Shown here: positions 39,574-47,184 of the stretch, in pieces
Numbering within the stretch: the first letter of the stretch is position 1
How the letters are laid out: each line of letters begins with the position of its first letter
IMG/VR virus record: IMGVR_UViG_3300044984_003188
DNA: 64,000 bases
Direction: 5' to 3' (one strand)
From: a virus
Translations under genes and position numbers: made by a program
Notes under the pieces: generated by a model
Seen by the model: the letters and a program-made list of their open reading frames with translations, nothing else
The model's database searches: none
Told to the model about the DNA's origin: nothing

Positions 39574-39745
39574 GTTCAGATATTGTGGTAAGTAAAGTCT
39601 ACGCTAAATCGGCTAGCTAGCGATGATAAGGTAGAGTGGATATAATCAATCCATAAAAGGAGAATGGGCAGATAATATCTCATAAATATTATTGGATACC
39701 TCACCTGCCACAAACCAGAACTTCTAATATAGAAAGGAATATATT

Positions 39746-40297
39746 ATGTCTTTCAACGTTCATGATCACTACAAGGATCTGAGTGTAGAAGATTTGAAGT
39801 TAATTTCTAATGCTACTCGACTACCATATGCAGTTTGTCTACTCAATTTAGAATATGACCTAAATATTGGCAACTGTATTCGAACTGCTCATATTTTTGG
39901 TGCTGAACAAGTCTTTATCTTTGGTCGTCGACGCTATGATCTAAGATCAACTGTTGGTGCTAATCACTATACTAATATTGTTAAGTATGATTTTGATGAA
40001 CTTACTGATGATGAAGTGATTGTCAATCAGTTTGAAAATATGGTTTATGACTATAATCTTGAGCCCTTGCTGATTGATAAAACAGCAGAATCAAGAGATA
40101 TTTCTGAATCTCACATTTATAATAATGGCGATCTAACAACACCATGTTTAGTCTTTGGAAATGAAAATTCTGGTATTCCGACTTGTCTAACGGATAAATA
40201 TCCATGCTTTCATATTCCACAACGTGGTGTAATTCGTTCACTCAATGTTGCTTCTGCCGCTGCGGTTGCAATGTATGAGTTCTCTAAATATCTATAA
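39746..40297 (+). CDS. SpoU/TrmH-family (SPOUT) RNA 2'-O-methyltransferase
   Basis: NIGNCIRTA, LVFGNENSGI, IPQRG..RSLNVASAAAVAMYE motifs. Confidence 0.9.
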   Translation: MSFNVHDHYKDLSVEDLKLISNATRLPYAVCLLNLEYDLNIGNCIRTAHIFGAEQVFIFGRRRYDLRSTVGANHYTNIVKYDFDELTDDEVIVNQFENMVYDYNLEPLLIDKTAESRDISESHIYNNGDLTTPCLVFGNENSGIPTCLTDKYPCFHIPQRGVIRSLNVASAAAVAMYEFSKYL

Positions 40298-40303
40298 GAA
40301 TAA

Positions 40304-40377
40304 GCGGAATTGGCGTAAAGGTAGCGTCTTTGGCTTCCACCCAAATGGCACGAGTTCGAATCTCGTATTCCGCACCA
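40304..40377 (+). tRNA. tRNA-Gly(TCC)
   Basis: Loop CTTCCAC; A-CCA. Confidence 0.88.
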
Positions 40378-40599
40378 GAGACCCGGTCTATAATCACGTA
40401 GCAATCAGTGGCTTGATTTGGTGAATCAAGATATTGTGGACAACCATCTACAGCTGAGTATGTTGAGTATAAATCGGTAAGAATTGATTCTTACGCTCGT
40501 GTGCAGGAACGACCTGCTAACCTTGTGTTTCAAGAGGTCTCGGCGCCTCGAGCTCCGTTCCGGGATTGCGAAACATAGTAAACGTAAGAATCAAACAGT

Positions 40600-40675
40600 T
40601 GCAGGGTAGAGGAGCTCGGTCGTCCTCGCCTGGTTCATACCCAGGAAATCGTGGGTTCAAATCCCACCTCTGCTA
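40600..40675 (+). tRNA. tRNA-Met(CAT), initiator-like, CCA not encoded
   Basis: 1:72 mismatch (T/T); loop TTCATAC; followed by CATAAGCAC. Confidence 0.8.
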
Positions 40676-40742
40676 CATAAGCACCTTGATTATATAAATA
40701 GCAATATCAATAAGACTATTATATAATCAAGGGTTAGCTTAA
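40676..40742 (+). promoter_or_regulatory. Late-promoter/RBS-sequestering hairpin (copy 2)
   Basis: CCTTGATTATATAAATAG pairs with CTATTATATAATCAAGG; TATAAATA at 40693-40700. Confidence 0.8.
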
Positions 40743-41441
40743 ATGTACTATACTATATACAAAATTACCAATAAGATTAATAATAAATTTTATATTGGTA
40801 AACACAAGACTAAAAAATTAGATGATGGTTATATGGGCTCAGGAAAACTTATCAAAGCCGCCATCAAAAAACACGGTAAAGAAAACTTTGAGAAAGAAAT
40901 ACTTGGTTTTTTTAATACCGAAAAAGAAATGGATGAAGCTGAAAAAATATATGTAGTTTTAAGTGAAAGTAGTTATAATCTTTGTCCTGGTGGGGAAGGT
41001 GGATGGGGATATGTTAATGAAAATAAATTATCTCCTATTATGAATCCTGAAACAAAAGTATATCAAAACGGTCGTAAAGCAACTGATCTTATTTTAGAAA
41101 GTAAATATGGTGAAAATTGGAGATCTGTTCTTTCAAATATTGCTAATTCTAAACTAAAAGCAATCTTAGAAAAAGACCCATTATATCTATCTAGTAAAAT
41201 TGGTTCTTTAAACCATTTCTTTGGGAAAAACCACACATCACATACAAAACAAAAAATGTCTTTATCTCACAAACATAAACACAATGGTGAGAAAAATTCA
41301 CAATTTGGTACCATTTGGATAACTGATGGTACCAATAATAAAAAAATAAAATTAGATGAACCGATGCCTGATAATTGGTATCGTGGTAGAAATATAAATG
41401 CCTTCAGATCAAGTGATCTCGGTCGTCTCATAAGCGACTAG
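40743..41441 (+). CDS. Free-standing GIY-YIG homing endonuclease
   Basis: YTIYKITNKINNKFYIGKH; paralogue of 37174. Confidence 0.88.
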   Translation: MYYTIYKITNKINNKFYIGKHKTKKLDDGYMGSGKLIKAAIKKHGKENFEKEILGFFNTEKEMDEAEKIYVVLSESSYNLCPGGEGGWGYVNENKLSPIMNPETKVYQNGRKATDLILESKYGENWRSVLSNIANSKLKAILEKDPLYLSSKIGSLNHFFGKNHTSHTKQKMSLSHKHKHNGEKNSQFGTIWITDGTNNKKIKLDEPMPDNWYRGRNINAFRSSDLGRLISD

Positions 41442-41471
41442 ATCGTGGAGCGTTACCACGTGAAGGCACCA
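41400..41471 (+). tRNA. Highly atypical tRNA(CAT)
   Basis: GCCTTCA/TGAAGGC, mini D-arm GATC-AAGT-GATC, 6-bp anticodon stem, loop CTCATAA, T-loop AGCGTTA, A-CCA. Confidence 0.65.
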
Positions 41472-41492
41472 ATTTGCTTTTAGGATAATGAT

Positions 41493-42188
41493 ATGAGTGT
41501 AGTTAGATTTTTTCTAGATGATTTATTCACAACCGATAGTTCGGAATATGAAATTTTACATAAAGCGGTTTTAGAGTGTAAAGATGTTCCTGGAGCTATA
41601 GTTGAAATAGGCACCAGAATGGGTGGTTCTGCTAGAATCATCATTGATTCTCTAGTATATAATTCAGATACGGATCGTTCAATGTTTTGTATTGATCCTT
41701 ATGGTAATATTGACTATATTAGTACAAATTTAAATGTAACACAACATTATCCAGGCACGCCAGTTTCTGGTGATCCTACTTCTAAAGATATAACTCAACC
41801 TATAAAACTTGATTATTCTAATGAAATGAGGAATAAAATTATTCCTTCTTTATATTATTATGCTTTTAGTAAAGGTATTAATTTTACTTTCTTTTGTATG
41901 GAAGACAGTGAATTTTTTGCTAGATTTAGCGATGGTGTGCCCGTCTATAATCAATTTAAGAAACTAGAAAATCAATATGCATTTGTTTTCTTTGATGGTC
42001 CACATCACAATGAAGCAGTTGAATTAGAAACAAAGTTCTTTGCAGAAAGATCAACCATCGGCACAGTTTTTGTTGCAGATGATATCTGGATGTATAATCA
42101 TGATTTATTTGAAAAAATTATTTTTGATCATGGCTTTACAGTCCTTGAAAAAGGTAATATTAAAGCTTCTTATAAGAAAACATCTTAA
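41493..42188 (+). CDS. Class I SAM-dependent methyltransferase (TylF/Methyltransf_24-like)
   Basis: GAIVEIGTRMGGS, IDPYG, FFDGPH, VADD motifs. Confidence 0.75.
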   Translation: MSVVRFFLDDLFTTDSSEYEILHKAVLECKDVPGAIVEIGTRMGGSARIIIDSLVYNSDTDRSMFCIDPYGNIDYISTNLNVTQHYPGTPVSGDPTSKDITQPIKLDYSNEMRNKIIPSLYYYAFSKGINFTFFCMEDSEFFARFSDGVPVYNQFKKLENQYAFVFFDGPHHNEAVELETKFFAERSTIGTVFVADDIWMYNHDLFEKIIFDHGFTVLEKGNIKASYKKTS

Positions 42189-42198
42189 GGTTTAAAAT

Positions 42199-42831
42199 AT
42201 GCTTGAAACGTGTTGTGACTTAATGGTTGAAGCCTATGAAAAAGGGCTTATGACTTCTAGAGATGGGAATGTATCTCTACGCTATAGAGGTCAAGACTTT
42301 TTCTATCTATCTCCAACAGATATGCGAAAACAGACTCTTAAGCCAGATCAGTTTAAGAAACTATCCACTTCACTAAAGGAAGATCGTTCACCAATTGCTC
42401 TTCCTTATACAAATATTTCTCTTGGTTTAAAGCCGTCGGGTGAGTTTCCATTGCACTACATGCTACAACGATTGCTTCCAAAGGATTGGGAAACTCGGGT
42501 AGTAATTCATACTCATTCAACTTATACAGTTGCCGCTATGCATGCTGGTCTAGAACTTCATCGGCTTAAAGATCACTTTCCTGAGATTGCTAGATATACT
42601 AAAGTAGCTAAAAGCACTGATGATGTTCCTCCTATTTCTTGGGATTTAGCTGAAGCTTGTATGGAAAACATGAAGCTAAATATGGCTACCGGTGAAACTG
42701 AGTTTAATATTGTCGGTATTAAAGGTCATGGTGTGGTTTCAGTTGATAAGACTCCTTGGAGAGCTTATGAGCATATCGAGAGGCTTGAACACATCTCTAA
42801 GATAATTTTGAGCTCAGGTAAAGGAATTTAA
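42199..42831 (+). CDS. Class II aldolase/adducin family protein
   Basis: RDGNVS, PSGE..LH, IHTHS, GHGV motifs. Confidence 0.85.
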   Translation: MLETCCDLMVEAYEKGLMTSRDGNVSLRYRGQDFFYLSPTDMRKQTLKPDQFKKLSTSLKEDRSPIALPYTNISLGLKPSGEFPLHYMLQRLLPKDWETRVVIHTHSTYTVAAMHAGLELHRLKDHFPEIARYTKVAKSTDDVPPISWDLAEACMENMKLNMATGETEFNIVGIKGHGVVSVDKTPWRAYEHIERLEHISKIILSSGKGI

Positions 42832-42871
42832 TTGACACACTAACTATAGTGTGATATATTAAATAAATAAT

Positions 42872-42960
42872 GGGGAGGCTGTTCCGACGGTGGTGGGACG
42901 GCAGTCTGTAAAACTGTTACATTAGAAACATTGTAGGTTCGAATCCTATCCTCCCCACCA
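42872..42960 (+). tRNA. tRNA-Tyr(GTA)
   Basis: Loop CTGTAAA; long variable arm; CCA. Confidence 0.88.
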
Positions 42961-42984
42961 TTTTTCAATGAAAAGGATATAAAT

Positions 42985-43494
42985 ATGAAGACTATTCTTA
43001 TGGCTACAATTATGGCACTTGGTATGACTTCGGTTGCAATTGCCCAGAGTAAGAACGCTTCCGATAGTGGATTTTTTGTCGGTGGGCAGGTAGGATCATT
43101 TACAGGTAAGAATGATCAAGTTACCATTGGTTTAAATGGTGGATATCAAGTCAATCGTTTTCTCCGTGGTGAAGTTACTGTAGAAAATGCTTGGAAGACC
43201 GGAACAGGTTCTGGAACTATGGTATTTGCAAATGTTGTTCCGCAGTACCGAATCCCTGGCACTACTCTAACACCATATGCAGTGGCAGGTGTAGGTTATG
43301 CTTTTGATTCCCTAGGTGCAGTTAAGAGTGGTGTTGCTTCTCCGGTTTATAATCTAGGACTAGGAACACGTGTCATGATCACTGATAATCTTGATGCTGA
43401 TCTTCGCTGGCGTAATGTCCGTTCAATGAATGGTTCTAATGCTCGTGTTCGTGATGACCATATTTTTATGGTTGGTGCATCTTATAAGTTCTAA
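42985..43494 (+). CDS. Outer-membrane beta-barrel protein (OmpA-TM/Ail-like)
   Basis: Signal peptide, alternating beta strands, TPYAVAGVGY, C-terminal GASYKF. Confidence 0.8.
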   Translation: MKTILMATIMALGMTSVAIAQSKNASDSGFFVGGQVGSFTGKNDQVTIGLNGGYQVNRFLRGEVTVENAWKTGTGSGTMVFANVVPQYRIPGTTLTPYAVAGVGYAFDSLGAVKSGVASPVYNLGLGTRVMITDNLDADLRWRNVRSMNGSNARVRDDHIFMVGASYKF

Positions 43495-43576
43495 AATAAA
43501 TACGGGGACGTGGGATAAACACCCGACAATCCATGTCTTAATTTGAGAATTGGTAATCTCTCCCGAAACATTTTAT

Positions 43577-43652
43577 GGTGAGTGGAGTCAGTAGGTATGG
43601 ACGGTGGTCTGTGAAACCATCTAAGCGGGATCAATACCCGTCACTCACCCCA
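43577..43652 (+). tRNA. tRNA-His(GTG) with G-1:C73
   Basis: G-GTGAGTG/CACTCAC-C-CCA; loop CTGTGAA. Confidence 0.85.
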
Positions 43653-43665
43653 ACTTAAATAATAC

Positions 43666-43758
43666 GGAGAGTGAACCGGACAGGCGTACCGGGCTCGCCT
43701 TGAAAGCGATGCGAACCCTTAAAAAGGTTTGGACTTCGAGTGTACCCGCTCTCCGCCA
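43666..43758 (+). tRNA. tRNA-Ser(TGA)
   Basis: Loop CTTGAAA; long variable arm; G-CCA. Confidence 0.85.
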
Positions 43759-43774
43759 TTTTTTTAGGTCTACA

Positions 43775-43951
43775 ATGCAAGATATAGATCAACATATAGA
43801 CACTAAAGAATTCAATCAGTCATTTTGGGAATGGTTTGACAATCTTCCCGAGATTAAACGAAATCAATTCAACTATTATAAAAGTGATCTTGCTAAAATA
43901 AACTTTTATAATACACAATGGCGTTATCGACTCCATGGCTCGAATGGCTAG
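43775..43951 (+). CDS. Small hypothetical protein overlapping tRNA-Cys
   Basis: MQDIDQH...FWEWFDNL; stop lies inside tRNA-Cys. Confidence 0.5.
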   Translation: MQDIDQHIDTKEFNQSFWEWFDNLPEIKRNQFNYYKSDLAKINFYNTQWRYRLHGSNG

Positions 43952-44004
43952 GCAGAGGACTGCAAATCCTTTTAATCTCAGTTCAAATCTGGGTGGAGTC
44001 TCCA
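43929..44004 (+). tRNA. tRNA-Cys(GCA)
   Basis: Loop CTGCAAA; T-CCA. Confidence 0.88.
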
Positions 44005-44008
44005 ACTT

Positions 44009-44428
44009 ATGAAATATATTCTAGCTTTTTTAATATCACTATATGCTACCTCTGCTCTAGCTAATCCATATCAGTACAGAGTTACTCGAGTACTTGATGG
44101 AGATACTATTGAGTTTGATGCTCCATTTCTCCCAGTTGAACTAAAACAAGTCCTAAAGCTTAGGATTATTGAGGTTGATACACCCGAAAAAGGTAGTTTA
44201 GCTAAATGTCGGGCAGAAGCAGATAAGGCTCTTAGAGCTACAAACTTTACTAAGAGAATGGTCGGCACTGCTACTCGACATGAAGTTATTCTTGTAAGTT
44301 GGGATAAATATGGCGGTAGAGTTCTAGGCGATCTTATTCTAGATGGCAAGAGTCTTAAGAAAATGCTAATAGAATCTGGTCATGCTAGACCATATGATGG
44401 TGGTAAAAAAGCTAGCTGGTGCAATTAA
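44009..44428 (+). CDS. Secreted thermonuclease (SNase family)
   Basis: Signal peptide; RVLDGDT, VDTPE, DKYGGRVL motifs. Confidence 0.88.
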   Translation: MKYILAFLISLYATSALANPYQYRVTRVLDGDTIEFDAPFLPVELKQVLKLRIIEVDTPEKGSLAKCRAEADKALRATNFTKRMVGTATRHEVILVSWDKYGGRVLGDLILDGKSLKKMLIESGHARPYDGGKKASWCN

Positions 44429-44487
44429 TTGTTGACAAATCTGCTAGTTGTGGTATAAATAACTTATACTGATTGAGAGGAATTTAA

Positions 44488-44643
44488 ATGCCTGACAGTT
44501 ATTCAATTCAGATGCTTAAAGCTTCAGCCTTTGATCATGAATTGAGAAATGTCATTGATCTTTTACCTCTAGATCAACAAGATGAAGAAACAGTAGTTGT
44601 AAAGAATTATTTGGCTAAACGAATTCTTGAACTTAAAAAATAA
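44488..44643 (+). CDS. Small hypothetical protein
   Basis: SD GAGG; upstream promoter TTGACA..TATAAA. Confidence 0.5.
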   Translation: MPDSYSIQMLKASAFDHELRNVIDLLPLDQQDEETVVVKNYLAKRILELKK

Positions 44644-44718
44644 CCGGGTGTAGCTCAGAGGAAGAGCGCTAGTTTTGGGAACTAGAGGCCGAGATTTCGA
44701 TACTCTCCATCCGGACCA
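44644..44718 (+). tRNA. tRNA-Pro(TGG)
   Basis: Loop TTTGGGA; CCA. Confidence 0.85.
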
Positions 44719-44849
44719 TTATAAATTACATATATGCGGTTAGCGCCGGTCACTTAGTTATAAATGGATAACTCTACGATTTATAACGATATAGAAGCTT
44801 GATCCAAGAGTAAGTGAGTTTGAGGGATCAACTATATGTAAACTTTAAT

Positions 44850-44925
44850 GCCTGATTAGCACAGCGGTAGTTGCATCTGCTTTACACGCAGAATGTCGGC
44901 GGTTCAATCCCGTCATCAGGTACCA
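44850..44925 (+). tRNA. tRNA-Val(TAC)
   Basis: Loop TTTACAC; CCA. Confidence 0.88.
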
Positions 44926-44942
44926 TATTATGTGAGGAAGTT

Positions 44943-45128
44943 ATGACAAAAACAGTAGAGATTATTCTTTGTAAAACTTGTAAAGGTACTGGTCAAACTT
45001 CTTACGAAGAATGTGTCAATTATCATAAAAGAGAATACGACACAATCTATAAAACTTGCTATAATTGCAAAGGTTCTGGTAGACTTAAACATATTACAAC
45101 TGTTGAAATTGAACCATATTGCAATTGA
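44943..45128 (+). CDS. Small DnaJ-type zinc-finger protein
   Basis: CKTCKGTG and CYNCKGSG motifs. Confidence 0.7.
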   Translation: MTKTVEIILCKTCKGTGQTSYEECVNYHKREYDTIYKTCYNCKGSGRLKHITTVEIEPYCN

Positions 45129-45134
45129 CTTAAT

Positions 45135-45210
45135 GCCGCCTTGGTGAAGCTGGTGCTCACGTGCCTCTGAAGAAGGTGAAAACTCTGTTCGATTCAGAGA
45201 GGCGGCACCA
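45135..45210 (+). tRNA. tRNA-Phe(GAA)
   Basis: Loop CTGAAGA; CCA. Confidence 0.85.
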
Positions 45211-45216
45211 TAATAT

Positions 45217-45291
45217 AGCCTCTTAGCATAACGGTAGTGCAACAGACTTTGAATCTGTAAAGTCCAAGTTCGAATCTTGGAGAGGCTGCCA
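45217..45291 (+). tRNA. tRNA-Gln(TTG)
   Basis: Loop CTTTGAA; G-CCA. Confidence 0.88.
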
Positions 45292-45301
45292 ATCTTATTG
45301 A

Positions 45302-45377
45302 AGCCATCTAGCATAACGGCTAGTGCGCTTGACTCTGACTCAAGTTTGTCTAGGTTCGAATCCTAGGATGGCTACCA
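45302..45377 (+). tRNA. tRNA-Gln(CTG)
   Basis: Loop CTCTGAC; CCA. Confidence 0.88.
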
Positions 45378-45381
45378 CTTT

Positions 45382-45456
45382 GCTGATATAATTCAATGGT
45401 AGAATTCTTCGTTGCCAACGAAGTTGTTATCGGTTCGAGTCCGATTATCAGCTCCA
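45382..45456 (+). tRNA. tRNA-Gly(GCC)
   Basis: Loop TTGCCAA; T-CCA. Confidence 0.88.
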
Positions 45457-45462
45457 CTTTAT

Positions 45463-45539
45463 ACTCCCGTAGCTCAACTGAATAGAGCACTAGTTTACGA
45501 AGCTATTGGTTGCAGGTTTGAATCCTGTCGGGAGTTCCA
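45463..45539 (+). tRNA. tRNA-Arg(ACG)
   Basis: Loop TTACGAA; CCA. Confidence 0.85.
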
Positions 45540-45545
45540 CTTTAT

Positions 45546-45622
45546 GCCTGTGTAGTCCAATTGGTAGAGATGCTAGTTTTAGAAACTAGATGTTGCTGGT
45601 TCAAATCCAGTCACAGGTACCA
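45546..45622 (+). tRNA. tRNA-Leu(TAG), short variable loop
   Basis: Loop TTTAGAA; CCA. Confidence 0.85.
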
Positions 45623-45729
45623 ACTTAATCGCCTAACCTGAGTTGATCACGGGTCGTTTCTTGATAATGTCAACTACATCGGATATTACCCGACTAATAT
45701 GTTGACTAATTGGGGCGGTTAACAATAAT

Positions 45730-45805
45730 GAATCTTTAGCTCAGTTGGGAGAGCACTTGCTTGACATGCAAGAGGTCGCTGGGTCGGGACCAGCAAGATT
45801 CACCA
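45730..45805 (+). tRNA. tRNA-Val(GAC)
   Basis: Loop TTGACAT; T-loop GTCGGGA; CCA. Confidence 0.82.
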
Positions 45806-45811
45806 ATTTTT

Positions 45812-45886
45812 GGGGGTAGGGCAGAGTACCCGGGGTTCCCTTGCACGGAGCCAGCCTGGTGGGTTTGAGTCCCACTACTTCCACCA
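45812..45886 (+). tRNA. tRNA-Ala(TGC)
   Basis: G3:U70 pair; loop CTTGCAC; CCA. Confidence 0.8.
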
Positions 45887-45918
45887 ATAATAGAGTTACT
45901 CTACATATGTAGAGTTAT

Positions 45919-46005
45919 GGGGGAGATTCCACGTGGTGTGGATTTATCCAGCTGGATAACTACAGCAACAAATTTTAATTGGTTCGAGTCCGATTTCCCC
46001 CGCCA
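45919..46005 (+). ncRNA. tRNA-like RNA without a normal anticodon loop
   Basis: Acceptor GGGGGAG/TTCCCCC-G-CCA and canonical T-arm; the anticodon arm is the palindrome TTATCCAGCTGGATAA. Confidence 0.6.
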
Positions 46006-46011
46006 AGTTAA

Positions 46012-46085
46012 GTCGCATTCGTTTAATGGTAGGACGTCCGCCTGTCCAGCGGATAGCGGGGGTTCAATTCCCCCATGCGGCGCCA
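46012..46085 (+). tRNA. tRNA-Asp(GTC)
   Basis: Loop CTGTCCA; G-CCA. Confidence 0.88.
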
Positions 46086-46094
46086 CTGAATATT

Positions 46095-46186
46095 GGAGCG
46101 TAAACCGGACAGGCGTGCCGGACTTCCCTGCTAAGGAATGTGGACTTAGAAATAAGTTTTAGTTTCAAATACTATGCGCTCCGCCA
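46095..46186 (+). tRNA. tRNA-Ser(GCT)
   Basis: Loop CTGCTAA; long variable arm; G-CCA; 3' end overlapped antisense by the GT4 gene. Confidence 0.82.
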
Positions 46187-47184
46187 TTCTTAATAACAAC
46201 AAGATTTTCAAGAAAAATATCTGTTGTTTTTTCCCATGAAAAATGATTGCTACTGTCCATAACTTTTTGTCTATCTAAAGTTAAGCATTTTTCAATTGCT
46301 AGTTCCAGATTAGAATCCATGCACCCAGTAACACCTTCGTTGATGACATCAATGGGGCCTGTTACTGGGTATGCTGCTATTGGTGTTCCGCATGCCATGG
46401 CTTCAATCATTACAACACCAAAAGTATCTGATTTACTTGGAAAAACAAATACATCAGCATTTGCATAATAATAAGCTAATTCATCACCTTGTTTAAAACC
46501 TAAAAATAAAACATCTGGATATTTTTGTCTTAATTTATCTAGATATGGGCCATCACCTATTAGAAGTTTAATCCCATTGGTTTTTAGACCACAGAAATCA
46601 TCTAAGCCTTTTTCTCTACTTGCTCTACTAACACATAATAATATAGGTTGTTGTTTTAAAGATTTTACTCTTGGGGAACTATTAAATATAGATCTATCTA
46701 CACCTCTGGTCCATACAACTAAATTTTTAAATCCTTGATCTTCAAGTTCTTTTTTCATACTTTTTGTAGTGACTAATATTCTTTGTGAAAATTTATGAAA
46801 TAATCTCATCAAAAAATAACCAGCTTTTAATGGCAATCCAATGTGAATTTTTAGATATTCAGGAAATTTTGTATGATAACTAGTATTGTGTGGGATATTA
46901 TTCTTTTTTATTTTACAGTACCATCTAGCAGCAAAGCCTAAAGTCCCTTCAGTGCTTATATGAATTGCATCTGGTTGAAATTCCTCAATAAGATCAATTG
47001 TTTTCCAGAAATTGATAGCGATATCATTATCCGGATAAAACCATGGTTTAATAGTCTTAAATAAAGATGGCTCTATTACCAGAACTGTGTGACCACGTTT
47101 TTCAAGCTCATGGACCAAAGCTTTCATGGTTGTGGCAACACCATTAATATTATTCCAGGTATCTGATACTATACATATTTTCAT
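46165..47184 (-). CDS. GT4-family glycosyltransferase (Agt-like diacylglycerol glycosyltransferase)
   Basis: IVSDTW..NGV, IHISTEGTLG, TSYHTKFPEY, RGVD, DTFGVVMIEAMACGTP, PVTGPIDVI motifs. Confidence 0.85.
   Translation of the reverse strand: MKICIVSDTWNNINGVATTMKALVHELEKRGHTVLVIEPSLFKTIKPWFYPDNDIAINFWKTIDLIEEFQPDAIHISTEGTLGFAARWYCKIKKNNIPHNTSYHTKFPEYLKIHIGLPLKAGYFLMRLFHKFSQRILVTTKSMKKELEDQGFKNLVVWTRGVDRSIFNSSPRVKSLKQQPILLCVSRASREKGLDDFCGLKTNGIKLLIGDGPYLDKLRQKYPDVLFLGFKQGDELAYYYANADVFVFPSKSDTFGVVMIEAMACGTPIAAYPVTGPIDVINEGVTGCMDSNLELAIEKCLTLDRQKVMDSSNHFSWEKTTDIFLENLVVIKNGGAHSI

Noticed and set aside
43503-43566. Additional tRNA or ncRNA before tRNA-His
   Set aside because: Some pairing (GACGTGG/CCATGTC) but no cloverleaf or recognisable motif; too weak to call.
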